Shown here: one piece after another, positions 19,146 to 29,126 of the stretch
Numbering within the stretch: position 1 is the stretch's first letter
Layout: the number at the start of each line of letters is the position of its first letter
NCBI GenBank assembly: GCA_964415615.1
Contig: CAYQAW010000001.1
Coordinates: 40,593-104,592 of the forward strand
DNA length: 64,000 nt
Origin: an uncultured Gammaproteobacteria bacterium
GTDB lineage: Bacteria; Patescibacteriota; Microgenomatia; Daviesbacterales; UBA10151
Reading direction: 5' to 3'
Made by a program: the position numbers and the translations under genes
The notes under the pieces: model-generated
The model's database searches: none
Told to the model about the DNA's origin: nothing
The model's input: only the letters and a program-made list of their open reading frames with translations

Positions 19146-19162
19146 ATCTTATATTGTAAATA

Positions 19163-20224
19163 TTAGCTTTCTTCTACCGAACCCTCTGCCTCTTCCTGTC
19201 CCACTACAATTTTTTCCTTACCATCTTTTTGTTTACCCCATGCATCTCTAACTTCTTTTTCTAACTTTTCAGCTTCTTTTTTGTTTTCTTTTAGATAAGC
19301 ACTGCTGGCAGCTCTACCTTGACCCAGTAATTTTTCACCCCATTTTATAAATGCTCCAGCTTTAGTTAAAATCTCCAGTTCTATTCCTACATCCAAAAGC
19401 TCTCCTTGATGTGATATACCATCTTCATTCATATCAAATTCTGCAATCCTAAATGGGGGAGCCACTTTATTTTTAACAACTTTTACCCTATGCCTTGAAC
19501 CTACTACCAAATCTCCTTCTTTAATATTTTCAATCTTTCTAATATCTAGTCTAACGGAGGAATAAAATTTCAAAGCCAGTCCTCCTGGAGTAGTCTCAGG
19601 ATTGCCAAACATCACTCCAATTTTTTGCCTTAGTTGATTTGTAAAAATAACAATTGTATTAGTATTAGAAACAGCTCCAGTTAACTTCCTTAGGGCTTGA
19701 GACATTAAACGGGCTTGCATACCCATGACAGAATCACCCATTTCTCCTTCTAACTCAGCTCTAGGAACTAGGGCTGCTACAGAATCTATCACCAAAATAT
19801 CTATTCCACCTGAACGGATTAAAGCCTCTGCAATTTCTAGGGCTTGTTCTCCCGTATCTGGCTGGGAAATAAGTAAATCATCTAAATTAACTCCAATTTT
19901 TTGAGCTCTTTGAGGATCAAGAGCGTGCTCTGCATCAACAAATGCAGCCACGCCACCTTTTTTTTGAGCTTCAGCAATTACATGAAGGCAAACACTGGTC
20001 TTACCGCTTGCTTCAGGACCAAAAATTTCAATAATTCTGCCTTTAGGTAAACCGCCTACACCTAATGCCAAATCTAACGCTATAGAACCTGTAGGAATTA
20101 TCTCTGTGGTAAACTTTTCAACTCTCTCACCCAAACGCATAATAGAACCTGTACCATACTGTTTTTGAATTTGTGCCATGGCTGCGGAGATTGCAGCTTT
20201 TTTAGCGTCATCATTTTGTGCCAT
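19163..20224 (-). CDS. recA: Recombinase A
   Basis: GPEASGKT Walker [22 protein letters not shown]. Confidence 0.99.
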   Translation of the reverse strand: MAQNDDAKKAAISAAMAQIQKQYGTGSIMRLGERVEKFTTEIIPTGSIALDLALGVGGLPKGRIIEIFGPEASGKTSVCLHVIAEAQKKGGVAAFVDAEHALDPQRAQKIGVNLDDLLISQPDTGEQALEIAEALIRSGGIDILVIDSVAALVPRAELEGEMGDSVMGMQARLMSQALRKLTGAVSNTNTIVIFTNQLRQKIGVMFGNPETTPGGLALKFYSSVRLDIRKIENIKEGDLVVGSRHRVKVVKNKVAPPFRIAEFDMNEDGISHQGELLDVGIELEILTKAGAFIKWGEKLLGQGRAASSAYLKENKKEAEKLEKEVRDAWGKQKDGKEKIVVGQEEAEGSVEES

Positions 20225-20297
20225 ACATTAACAATACCAAATATATCCCAAAGATCAATACCCCAAAATTACTCTGTATCAATGTATGGATACATAG

Positions 20298-20369
20298 TCG
20301 GGGTGACAAGAATTGAACTTGCTACATCCGCGACCCCATCGCGGCGGTCTACCGATGACCTACACCCCG
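20298..20369 (-). tRNA. tRNA-Pro(GGG), CCA not encoded
   Basis: CGGGGUG acceptor stem, anticodon arm CCGCG-AUGGGGU-CGCGG, GUUCAAUUC T-loop. Confidence 0.93.
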
Positions 20370-20413
20370 TAATTGTTGTATTTTACCATTCACCTCTTTA
20401 GAATACCATTTAT

Positions 20414-21190
20414 ATGAAAATTATTTCCTTAAATACTTGGGGTGGAAAGATCTATCACCCTTTAATAAATTTTATAAACAAAAACGCAAAAGACACAGAT
20501 ATTTTCTGTTTTCAGGAAATATTTGATACAACCTCTGCCCTTACTGATGTTTTAGGATACAGAGTAAATTTATTCAAAGAAATTACTAAAGTCCTAATAA
20601 ATTACTCAGGATACTTTTTCCCATGTATAGATAATTATTTAGTTGGAAGTTTTCAAAAACATTTTACAGATTTTAACCTCTCTTCAGGGTTGGCAATATT
20701 TGTCAAAAAATCTTTAAAAATAACCTCTTCCGGAGATTTCTTTGTTTATAGAAAGAAAAATGATCACAAGTTGGGAGATTTTAATACAATGCCAAAAAAT
20801 GCACAATATATTAGTTTATCTGCTGCAGGAAAACAATTTGTTATTTGTAATATTCACGGTCTCTGGAGTACTGAGGGAAAATATGATACTCCTTCTCGTA
20901 TTCAACAATCTCAAAAGGTTGAAAAGTTTTTAGATGATCAAAAAGGCGGAAAAATTTTGTGTGGGGATTTGAATTTAGCATTAAATACTCGAAGCTTAAA
21001 AATATTAGAAGAAAATATGACCAATTTAATCAAAAAATATAATATTCCTACAACTAGAAACAAACATTTCCCAGGTATGGAAAAATTTGCAGATTATACT
21101 TTTGTATCTCCCGATGTAAAAGTTATAGACTTTCAAGTACCTGATATTGAAATTTCTGATCATCTACCCATGATTTTGGAGTTTTCTTAA
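20414..21190 (+). CDS. Endonuclease/exonuclease/phosphatase family protein
   Basis: SLN, FQE, CGDLN, ISDHLP motifs. Confidence 0.9.
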   Translation: MKIISLNTWGGKIYHPLINFINKNAKDTDIFCFQEIFDTTSALTDVLGYRVNLFKEITKVLINYSGYFFPCIDNYLVGSFQKHFTDFNLSSGLAIFVKKSLKITSSGDFFVYRKKNDHKLGDFNTMPKNAQYISLSAAGKQFVICNIHGLWSTEGKYDTPSRIQQSQKVEKFLDDQKGGKILCGDLNLALNTRSLKILEENMTNLIKKYNIPTTRNKHFPGMEKFADYTFVSPDVKVIDFQVPDIEISDHLPMILEFS

Positions 21191-22302
21191 ACTATTTTTT
21201 CCCAGGGGAATTCATCTCGGCCAAAGTGACCATAAGCTGCTGTTGGCAAATATATCGGCCTTTGCAAATCTAAGCCTTTTAATATTCCTGAAACTGATGT
21301 ATCTAAAATTTTCTGCATAAAAGATAGAATTACTTTGTGTGATTTTTTATTAGTCCCGAAAGTTTCTACATCCTGCATAGTAGGTTTCCTAGCTCCTATA
21401 AAATAGGCAAGTCTTACTTCTGCTTTGTCTGCCAGTTTTGCAGCTACAATATTTTTTGCCAAGAATCTGGCAGCATAAGCACCAGATCTGTCCACTTTTG
21501 TTGGATCCTTCCCGGAAAAAGCTCCTCCACCCACTCTGGCATAACCTCCATAACCATCAACTACTATCTTTCTACCAGTCAGTCCACAATCAGCAGCAGG
21601 ACCACCATGATGCCAAACCCCTGTCCCATTAACAATTATTTTATCCTTTTTGATTTTAAATCCATAAACATCTAAAACAGGTATTACTACTGACTGATAA
21701 ATATCATCTTTAACTTTATTCAAATTAACAGATTCCTCATGTGGAATAGCAATAACAACTTGAGTGACTTTATATGGCTTGCCGTCTCTATACTCAATTG
21801 TTACTTGAGACTTCCCATCAGGCCTTAAATATTTAACAATTTTCTCTTCTCTGGCTTGATCCATTCTTTTAGTTAGAGCGTGAGCCATGGTAATAGGCAG
21901 AGGCATCAGGCAAGTTGTTTCTCTGCAGGCATATCCAAACATCATTCCCTGATCTCCGGCTCCTTTTTTATCAACACCAACTCCAATTTCAGGAGATTGT
22001 TCGTGAATATGAACCTCTATTGATGATTTGTGAGAAAAATCATAAGTTGGATCTGTATAGCCTAATCTTTTAATTTGATCTCTGGCAACCTGCCCGTAAT
22101 CCACCCTGGCATGAGCAGTAATCTCCCCGGAAATTACTACTCTGTTAAACCCTGCCAAGACCTCGCAAGCCACATGACCAAATCTATCCTTAGTTAAAAC
22201 TGCATCAACAACTGCATCAGAGATAGCATCACAAATTTTATCCGGGTGACCAGAACAAACTGATTCTGAAGTAAATGTTGTTACACCGTTAGTTTTAATC
22301 AT
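21187..22302 (-). CDS. metK: S-adenosylmethionine synthetase
   Basis: FTSESVCSGHPDK, GAGDQG, GGGAFSGKDPTKVDRS; start set at ATG 22302 after GAGG SD. Confidence 0.97.
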   Translation of the reverse strand: MIKTNGVTTFTSESVCSGHPDKICDAISDAVVDAVLTKDRFGHVACEVLAGFNRVVISGEITAHARVDYGQVARDQIKRLGYTDPTYDFSHKSSIEVHIHEQSPEIGVGVDKKGAGDQGMMFGYACRETTCLMPLPITMAHALTKRMDQAREEKIVKYLRPDGKSQVTIEYRDGKPYKVTQVVIAIPHEESVNLNKVKDDIYQSVVIPVLDVYGFKIKKDKIIVNGTGVWHHGGPAADCGLTGRKIVVDGYGGYARVGGGAFSGKDPTKVDRSGAYAARFLAKNIVAAKLADKAEVRLAYFIGARKPTMQDVETFGTNKKSHKVILSFMQKILDTSVSGILKGLDLQRPIYLPTAAYGHFGRDEFPWEKIV

Positions 22303-22432
22303 AAAAAACCTCTCAAAAAAATATGAGAGGTTTACAGTTTGTCCGACATTAAGTCGAGACCACATCTTCCTCTCAGGAATCTGGCACCTTAGGCTTTAAG
22401 GTTGCCGGTCGCCTAGGCGACTCTCTTGATGT
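22303..22432 (-). promoter_or_regulatory. SAM-I-family riboswitch (reduced aptamer 22362-22432) with terminator platform
   Basis: ACAUC-AAGAG-[P2]-GGCAACC...GGUGCC-AGAUUCCUG...GAUGU upstream of metK; terminator AAACCUCUCA/UGAGAGGUUU plus U tract. Confidence 0.85.
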
Positions 22433-22481
22433 ATTTATTATTTAACCATAACTACTTTATTTTGACAAGTCCTCAAAAATT

Positions 22482-23876
22482 TTAGTGACCACTCATATCC
22501 CAATCTTTACTAACTTTTTCAAATCTATCTAGTTTACCTTTCATAATTTCTTTTAATCTTTCCAACTCACTATCATCTTTAGCTTCAAACCTTAAAACCA
22601 GTGTAGGAGTATTGGAGGAAGCCCTTACTAATGCCCAACCTTTATCTGTATAAACCCTGGCTCCATTAATATCTATTACTTTATAACCTTCTGCTTTAAA
22701 TTCAGAAGTCAGCTCATCAACAATATCATATTTATCTTCATCTGTGGTTTTAACTTGAATAGTAGGAGTAGAAATATAATAAGGCGTACCATCAACAATT
22801 TCTGATAGTGGTTTATTTTGTGTTGCCAAATACTCTAAAAGTTTTAAGGCAGCAATCATGCTGTCATCAAAACCATAATAGCCATCTGCAAAAAAGATGT
22901 GTCCGCTCATCTCTCCCGCCAATGCTGCTTTTTCTTCATGCATTTTGGCTTTAATGTGCGAGTGACCAGTCTTCCACATGATTGGTATTCCACCATGAGC
23001 TTTGATATCCTCCGGTAAGGCCTCTGAAACTTTAACATCAAAAATTATTTTTGCTCCAGGTCTTTTTGACAAAACCAATCTTGATAGTAAAATCATATAA
23101 CGGTCTGGCCAAATAATATTCCCCTTTTCATCAACCAATCCTAACCTGTCTCCGTCACCATCAAAGGCAAACCCTAAATCACACTTATTTTTGATAGTTT
23201 GTTTAGCAGTATCCTCCATCATGGCAGTCCCATCTGGGTTAGGGGTATAGTTTGGGTAAGTTGGGTCAACATTAGTAAAATGCTCAACTACCTCGCATCC
23301 AGCATCTCTTAAGATATCTGGAACAAAAAGTCCAGCAGTACCATTACCGGTATTTACCAAAACTTTAAACTTCTTTTTAATATCAACTTTGGAAACTAAA
23401 TCCTGTTTGTAAGCCTCAGATACATCTTCTTTTCTGATTGTACCTTTACCATCCACAAAATCTTCTTTAGCTATAATATTGTAGACTTCTTGAAGTTCAT
23501 CAGTTAAAAGTGTATAGGAAAAATCTGATCCCAGTTTTACTCCATTCCATCCTGCTGGATTATGAGAAGCTGTTACAGTGAGTAAACCTTTAATTTTTAA
23601 ATGATATTGAGACCAATAGCCCATTGGGGTAGTGACAGTTCCTGTATCAATAACATTGATGCCACTTTCAGTTAAACCTTTAATTACAGCTTTGTGAAAA
23701 CTTTCAGAAGTGCCTCTAGCATCATGTCCTACTACTGCTTCTGCAATGTCCCGCTTTTGCAAAAATGCCCCAAAACCTCTACCGATATAGTACATGGAAT
23801 CTTCATTTAATTCATCAGGTGCTTCGCGACCGCGCATATCATATTCGCGGAACATGGTTTTTTTCAGTATTGGCAT
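22482..23876 (-). CDS. Phosphomannomutase/phosphoglucomutase
   Basis: TASHNP, FDGDGDR, GEMSGH, RASSNTP. Confidence 0.95.
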   Translation of the reverse strand: MPILKKTMFREYDMRGREAPDELNEDSMYYIGRGFGAFLQKRDIAEAVVGHDARGTSESFHKAVIKGLTESGINVIDTGTVTTPMGYWSQYHLKIKGLLTVTASHNPAGWNGVKLGSDFSYTLLTDELQEVYNIIAKEDFVDGKGTIRKEDVSEAYKQDLVSKVDIKKKFKVLVNTGNGTAGLFVPDILRDAGCEVVEHFTNVDPTYPNYTPNPDGTAMMEDTAKQTIKNKCDLGFAFDGDGDRLGLVDEKGNIIWPDRYMILLSRLVLSKRPGAKIIFDVKVSEALPEDIKAHGGIPIMWKTGHSHIKAKMHEEKAALAGEMSGHIFFADGYYGFDDSMIAALKLLEYLATQNKPLSEIVDGTPYYISTPTIQVKTTDEDKYDIVDELTSEFKAEGYKVIDINGARVYTDKGWALVRASSNTPTLVLRFEAKDDSELERLKEIMKGKLDRFEKVSKDWDMSGH

Positions 23877-24000
23877 ATATTTTGTGAAGAATGTAAATAT
23901 ACCTGACTTTTAATCTAAATTCAACTGTCTGCCTGGCTTTTTAGTAAAAAAATCCCTAGGTGTCCTATCTGAACCACACCCCAGGTGGAGTAATGCAGAG

Positions 24001-24311
24001 CTATTTCATTTCCCATTCTGCTAAAACAAGGTCCCATTTCCGTCTATCCAGCATATGAGAACTTGTCAGCACATCTATATCTTCTCCTGTAATATCCTCT
24101 TTTATCCCAGCCTTTTCAAGATCAGCTTTTAATTTCCACAAATTTACCGGTTGGAAAGGTTTTAAATTTGAATATGCTGCTCTAGTAAGCCTCATAGCTT
24201 CTACTAAAGATTGAGGCTTAATTGCACCAAATAGACGGTCATATCCGCTCTATTAAGCCCTCTTAGTTGCTCCTCACTTCTTCCAGAACTATCGTAAAGT
24301 ATATCTACCAT
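24001..24311 (-). pseudogene. Probable frameshifted hypothetical gene downstream of rpsI
   Basis: ATG 24311 gives MVDILYDSSGRSEEQLRGL; a 1-nt shift near 24250 joins SGYDRLFGAIKPQSLVEAMRLTRAAY... to the 24001 stop. Confidence 0.45.
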
Positions 24312-24316
24312 TTAAA

Positions 24317-24706
24317 TTACCTCTTTGGAGATTGCTTCTTCGCTCTCGCTTTTTGGGCATTACCGTATTTTCTTCTCTCTTTAACCCTAGCATCCCTGGT
24401 TAATAATCCTTCTTTTTTCAGAGTAGTCCTTAAATCTGGACTGACCTTGGCAATAGCCCTGGAAATTCCATGAATTACTGCTCCCAGTTGAGAAACCTGC
24501 CCCCCACCTGCTACTTTGACTGAAATTGTATATTTTCCTGCTGTTTTAGTCACATCTAAAGGCCTATTGTAATGTTTTTGTACCACCAGTCCTAGAAAAT
24601 ATTCTGAAATGGGTTTGCCATTAACAGTCATCTGGCCTTTACCGTCTGATAACCTAACCCTTGCTACAGCTTCTTTTCTTCTGCCAACAGTAGAAATAGT
24701 ATTCAT
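24317..24706 (-). CDS. rpsI: 30S ribosomal protein S9
   Basis: [24 protein letters not shown]. Confidence 0.98.
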   Translation of the reverse strand: MNTISTVGRRKEAVARVRLSDGKGQMTVNGKPISEYFLGLVVQKHYNRPLDVTKTAGKYTISVKVAGGGQVSQLGAVIHGISRAIAKVSPDLRTTLKKEGLLTRDARVKERRKYGNAQKARAKKQSPKR

Positions 24707-25095
24707 TTAGCTTCTCCTGCAAATACCTTTAATTTTTTGATCATCTGCCTGCCTAATCTATTGCGAGGAAGCATACCTTTGACAGCATGTTCAATAATAT
24801 ATTCCGGTTTACTGGTTAAAACTTTATCAAAAGTTTCTACCCGCAATCCTCCAGGATAACCTGAATGGCGGGTGTAAGTTTTTTCTTTCATCTTTTTACC
24901 TGTTACTTTAACTTGGCTGGCATTGGTTACCACCACAAAGTCTCCTGTATCCAGATATGGCACAAAGCTAGGTTTGTTTTTACCCATTAAAATTTTTGCC
25001 AACTCAGTAGCAAGTCTTCCTAAAACTTTCCCACTAGCATCTATTACATGCTTTTCTCTCTTTATATCTTTAGCTGATATTACATTAGTGCTCAT
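24703..25095 (-). CDS. rplM: 50S ribosomal protein L13
   Basis: [23 protein letters not shown]. Confidence 0.98.
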   Translation of the reverse strand: MSTNVISAKDIKREKHVIDASGKVLGRLATELAKILMGKNKPSFVPYLDTGDFVVVTNASQVKVTGKKMKEKTYTRHSGYPGGLRVETFDKVLTSKPEYIIEHAVKGMLPRNRLGRQMIKKLKVFAGEAK

Positions 25096-25227
25096 AAATT
25101 AGGGGCTAGTTACTAGAGTCTAGTGACTAGGTTTTTTCTCCCTTTTCTTATTAGCAGGTTTCTTTATTTCTGCATTTACTTCTTTTTTATCTTCTTTTCT
25201 TGACTCTAGACTCTTGACTCTAGACTC
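25096..25227 (-). repeat. Heptamer inverted-repeat element at the rplQ/rplM junction
   Basis: 5' arm (GAGTCWA)x4 at 25200-25227; 3' arm CTAGTCA CTAGACT CTAGTAA CTAGCCC CTAATTT at 25096-25130. Confidence 0.85.
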
Positions 25228-25575
25228 TTTTTTGGTTGGCTTTAACTGCTCTGCTCCAATTAAGCTCATTTTCACCATAGTAGCCTGATCTCCCTGTCTT
25301 GGCCCCATTCTTACTGTACTAGTAAACCCGGATGTTTTATTTCCTAATTTTGGCAGTATTTCTTTTATCTTTTCTTTTAATTCCTTGTCTGAAGAGAATG
25401 AGTCTTTCTTAACTGAATTGATGATTTTATCAACTAATCCTTTAATTGATTTTGCCTTAGATTCCGAAGTTTGAATAGTACCGTGTAAAAACAGCGACCG
25501 CACCAATGTTTTAAAGAGTGCTTGACGCTGACCTATATCTCTTCCCAGGTGTTTGCCATAAACTCTATGCCTCAC
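25120..25575 (-). CDS. rplQ: 50S ribosomal protein L17 with repeat-derived C-terminal extension
   Basis: MRHRVYGKHLGR, SGFT..VRMGPRQGD. Confidence 0.96.
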   Translation of the reverse strand: MRHRVYGKHLGRDIGQRQALFKTLVRSLFLHGTIQTSESKAKSIKGLVDKIINSVKKDSFSSDKELKEKIKEILPKLGNKTSGFTSTVRMGPRQGDQATMVKMSLIGAEQLKPTKKESRVKSLESRKEDKKEVNAEIKKPANKKREKKPSH

Positions 25576-26470
25576 GAAGAGTCAACCCCCTCTCAGTCAG
25601 CTTCTCTGATATTAAGCTGATAGATTTAGCTCCTAAGTTCTTTGCTTTTAATAACTGTTGTCTTGGAGTATTTATTAAATCCTCTATAGTGTTAATTTCT
25701 ATAGCTTTCAGAGCATTGGTTATTCTGACAGGTAGATCAAGCTCTTCTATAGTCAATTTTAAAGTCTCTTCAGAAATCTTGGGTTCAGTCTCTTCTGTCT
25801 CTTCTTCCAATTCTGGTTCGTAAACTTTACGGAAAGATTCTGACAAAATTTTTGCAGCTGAATTTACCGCTCCCAGAGGAGTCAGCGCTCCAGTAGTTGT
25901 AACATTTAGTATTAATTTATCAAAATCTGTCCTTCTCCCTACTCTGGTCGGTTCAACACTGTAATTTACCGATACAACTGGACTAAACAAAGCATCAATA
26001 GGAATTACACCAATTTCATTTATTTTGCGCTCCTCTGCCACTGAATAACCTTTACCTTGGCAAGCTTCCATTTCAATATTAAGCTTAGATTTTACATCTG
26101 TTAAAGTAGCAATGTGTTGGTCTGGATTTGCAATTTCTCCATCTCCTTCAATTACCAAATCCTTTGCCTTAATCTCTTTTTTACCTGATGTTTTTAAAGA
26201 TAGTTTTATTGGTTTATCCGAATGTACGCTTAAGCGAATTTTTTTAATATTTAGAATAATCTCAATTACATCCTCCAACACTCCATCAATGGTAGAAAAT
26301 TGATGGGCTACCCCATCAATTTTGGCTGAAGTAATTGCAGCTCCTGGCAAAGATGCCAGCAGTACTCGTCTTAGGCCATTGCCTAAAGTATGACCAAAAC
26401 CTGCCTCAAGAGGCTCTATAGAAATAATCGCAAAATTTTCTCTTTCTACTTCTGTTTTTATTTTAAACAT
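25565..26470 (-). CDS. rpoA: RNA polymerase alpha subunit
   Basis: EPLEAGFGHTLGNGLRRVLL, DALFSPV, NLGAKS; start ATG 26470. Confidence 0.98.
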   Translation of the reverse strand: MFKIKTEVERENFAIISIEPLEAGFGHTLGNGLRRVLLASLPGAAITSAKIDGVAHQFSTIDGVLEDVIEIILNIKKIRLSVHSDKPIKLSLKTSGKKEIKAKDLVIEGDGEIANPDQHIATLTDVKSKLNIEMEACQGKGYSVAEERKINEIGVIPIDALFSPVVSVNYSVEPTRVGRRTDFDKLILNVTTTGALTPLGAVNSAAKILSESFRKVYEPELEEETEETEPKISEETLKLTIEELDLPVRITNALKAIEINTIEDLINTPRQQLLKAKNLGAKSISLISEKLTERGLTLREA

Positions 26471-26477
26471 ATCAGTC

Positions 26478-27080
26478 CTATCTGGAATAAAACTCAACAA
26501 TCAATTGTTCGTCAATTGATTTCTCCATCTCGTCTCTATTGGGAATTCTTAAAACCTTGCCTACTGTAGCCTGTCTTTCAAGCCACTCTGGCAAGGTCTG
26601 AGACTCTTCCAAACTCTTTTTAACTTGTGTATTATCTCTCATTTTGGGAGATATTTCAATAGTCTGATTAATACCCACTTTAAAAGATGGTATTGTCACT
26701 TTTTTACCATCTACTTTAACATGGCCATGACTCACCAATTGTCTTGCACCATTACGGCTACTGGCAAACATCAACCGATATACTACATTATCAAGTCTTG
26801 TTTCCAAAGCCTGTAGCAAAACCAAACCTGTTGCGCCTTTAATCCGCGAGGCTTGATCAAAATACCGTCTAAATTGTTTCTCCAGCATACCAAAAATTCT
26901 TTTTGCTTTCTGTTTTTCCCGAAGCTGAACTCCATATTCTGATGTTCTTCGTCTTCTACCCAATCCGTGCTGTCCTGGCGGTATGACCCCTTTTTTTTCT
27001 AATGCTTTTACATCTTTTGCATAAAGAGCAATCCCTTCTCTTCTTGATAATCTTCTTTTCGGTCCGGTATATCTAGCCAT
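26478..27080 (-). CDS. rpsD: 30S ribosomal protein S4
   Basis: MARYTGP, LETRLDNVVYR, IVEFYSR. Confidence 0.98.
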   Translation of the reverse strand: MARYTGPKRRLSRREGIALYAKDVKALEKKGVIPPGQHGLGRRRRTSEYGVQLREKQKAKRIFGMLEKQFRRYFDQASRIKGATGLVLLQALETRLDNVVYRLMFASSRNGARQLVSHGHVKVDGKKVTIPSFKVGINQTIEISPKMRDNTQVKKSLEESQTLPEWLERQATVGKVLRIPNRDEMEKSIDEQLIVEFYSR

Positions 27081-27475
27081 TAAACCCTTCTCCTTTTTTT
27101 GGGTCTCGGACCATTATGTGGAATTGGGGTCACATCAGCAATCATAGTGATATTAATACCCGAACTTCTCAACGCTTTAATCGTAGCATCTCTACCTGAC
27201 CCAGGTCCTTTAATATATACCTCAACAGCACTAAGTCCCATCTCTTTACCTTTTTGGGCAACTTTTTCCATAGCAGAAATTGCAGCAAATGGTGTGGCTT
27301 TTCTGGCTCCTTTGAAACCTGATGCACCTGAGGTACTCCAAGCCAAAATATTGCCCGAAGGATCTGTTAATGTTACTAGGGTATTATTAAAAGTTGCAGT
27401 CACATATACCCTGCCATTGGTAATTTTTTTCTCTACTTTTTTTACTGCTTTAGTTTTAATCTGTCTTTTAGCCAC
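27080..27475 (-). CDS. rpsK: 30S ribosomal protein S11
   Basis: [28 protein letters not shown]. Confidence 0.98.
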   Translation of the reverse strand: MAKRQIKTKAVKKVEKKITNGRVYVTATFNNTLVTLTDPSGNILAWSTSGASGFKGARKATPFAAISAMEKVAQKGKEMGLSAVEVYIKGPGSGRDATIKALRSSGINITMIADVTPIPHNGPRPKKRRRV

Positions 27476-27893
27476 CTTTACCTCCTGTACTTGCTGCCAT
27501 TACTGGTCCGCCTGTTTTTGCTACTACTTCTTTTCTAACAGTACCAACAGTCTTTCTCTTGCCTCTTTTAGTTCTAGCATTAGACCTGGTCCTCTGACCT
27601 CTTGATGGTAAACCTTTACGGTGTCTTAATCCCCTATAACTGCCAATTTCTTCCAGTCTTTTAATATTCTGTTCAATTTCTTGTCTTAAATCACCCTCTA
27701 CCTTAAATTTCTCAACAGCTTTTTGTATTTTACCAACCTCTTCCTCAGTAAGATCCTTAATTCTTTTAGCTCCGTCCACTGATGTTTCCTTGATAACTTT
27801 GACTACATTTGATCTGCCTATACCAAAGATATAAGTTAAACCAATATCAACTCTTTTATTTTCCGTTAAATCTACCCCTGCAATACGCGCCAT
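27468..27893 (-). CDS. rpsM: 30S ribosomal protein S13
   Basis: [31 protein letters not shown]. Confidence 0.98.
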   Translation of the reverse strand: MARIAGVDLTENKRVDIGLTYIFGIGRSNVVKVIKETSVDGAKRIKDLTEEEVGKIQKAVEKFKVEGDLRQEIEQNIKRLEEIGSYRGLRHRKGLPSRGQRTRSNARTKRGKRKTVGTVRKEVVAKTGGPVMAASTGGKGG

Positions 27894-27910
27894 ATTAAAA
27901 CTTTCTTCCA

Positions 27911-27942
27911 AATTGTAAATTGTAAATTGTAAATTGTAAATT
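27911..27942. repeat. (AATTGTA)x4 heptamer array between rpmJ and rpsM
   Basis: Perfect tandem array; lies within micro-ORF 27895-27945. Confidence 0.9.
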
Positions 27943-27947
27943 CATAA

Positions 27948-28064
27948 TTATCCTTGTCTTTGTTTGTGCCTCGGATCACGAGGGCAAATCACATACAACA
28001 TGCCTTCACGCTTAACGATTTTACAAAACTTACACCTTGCTTTAATTGATGCTTGTACTTTCAT
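27948..28064 (-). CDS. rpmJ: 50S ribosomal protein L36
   Basis: Not in ORF track: [38 protein letters not shown]. Confidence 0.96.
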   Translation of the reverse strand: MKVQASIKARCKFCKIVKREGMLYVICPRDPRHKQRQG

Positions 28065-28067
28065 AAA

Positions 28068-28313
28068 TTACTTTAATCTAAAAGTTATTCTGCCTTTATC
28101 CAAATCATATTTTGGACTCATCTCTATCCTCACCCGATCGCCTTCTAAAAGTCTAATATAATGCATCCTCATCTTGCCTGATATATGACATAAAATCACT
28201 CTCCCCAAAAGCTCTGGTAAATCAACGCTTCTATCAATCTCTACTCTAAATAAAGTATTCGGCAAAACCTCTTTGACTTTACCTTCTACTAGAGTAACAT
28301 CTTGTGTCTGCAT
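28068..28313 (-). CDS. infA: Translation initiation factor IF-1
   Basis: [28 protein letters not shown]. Confidence 0.97.
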   Translation of the reverse strand: MQTQDVTLVEGKVKEVLPNTLFRVEIDRSVDLPELLGRVILCHISGKMRMHYIRLLEGDRVRIEMSPKYDLDKGRITFRLK

Positions 28314-28358
28314 AGATAATTTTTTCAGCTAAGCTATTTTAGCAGAACTAGCTTCGTA

Positions 28359-29126
28359 TTACAACCCATAGCAGGTTAAAACCTCAGCTTTCTTTTCTCC
28401 TGCATTTACAGTCATCTCAAAAAGCCCTCCCCAGGATTTATCTAATGCTGAAAAAGTCCAATTATCTTCCCCTAAAACTACATCTGGCCCCCCTTTAGTA
28501 TAAATCACTTCAATTGCCAAAGTCATGCCACTCTTTACTACTGAACCAGTTCCTGGAGACCCAACCCCTGGTATTTCCGGATCTTCATGCAAAGATCTAC
28601 CCACTCCATGTCCTACTAAACTTCTGACTACACTATAACCTGCTCCTTCTACTTTAGTTTGAATTGCATGCGATATGTCCCCAATCCTATTACCGTCTAC
28701 CGCCTGAGCAATTCCCAACCATAACGCTTCCTCTCCCGTTTTCAAAAATTTTATTTTTTCTGACTGTTCACTGTCTACTGTACCCTGTCCACTTACTAAA
28801 ACACTCCAGGCGCAATCCGTATGCCAACCTTTATAGACAACTGCCAAATCTACACTCACTAAATCACCGTTGACAAACTTCCGATCGGTAGGTATTCCGT
28901 GTACTACTTGCTCATTTACTGTAATACATGTGGCATATTTATATCCAGGTACAGTTTTATAAGAGAGATCTCCACCATATTTATAAATCTCTTTTTTAAC
29001 TATCTCATCAACCTCCAACTCTGAGGTACCAACTTTTATAGACTCCATGGCGCGCTTGAGTGCTTTTGCTGCGATCTCGCCCGAATGTCTCATCAACTTT
29101 AGCTCATATTGATTTCTTGATTTCAT
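28359..29126 (-). CDS. map: Methionine aminopeptidase type I
   Basis: VNEQVVHGIP, GHGVGRSLHEDP, LAIE. Confidence 0.95.
   Translation of the reverse strand: MKSRNQYELKLMRHSGEIAAKALKRAMESIKVGTSELEVDEIVKKEIYKYGGDLSYKTVPGYKYATCITVNEQVVHGIPTDRKFVNGDLVSVDLAVVYKGWHTDCAWSVLVSGQGTVDSEQSEKIKFLKTGEEALWLGIAQAVDGNRIGDISHAIQTKVEGAGYSVVRSLVGHGVGRSLHEDPEIPGVGSPGTGSVVKSGMTLAIEVIYTKGGPDVVLGEDNWTFSALDKSWGGLFEMTVNAGEKKAEVLTCYGL
28763..28793. repeat. Degenerate (ACTGTNN) heptamer array inside map
   Basis: actgttc actgtct actgtac cctgtcc act; encodes SGQGTVDSEQS. Confidence 0.75.

Noticed and set aside
20298-20369. tRNA-Pro as an integration site
   Set aside because: No duplicated tRNA 3' end and no integrase in the window.
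22303-22365. N-terminal extension of MetK in the ORF track
   Set aside because: Overlaps the riboswitch platform; SD supports ATG 22302.
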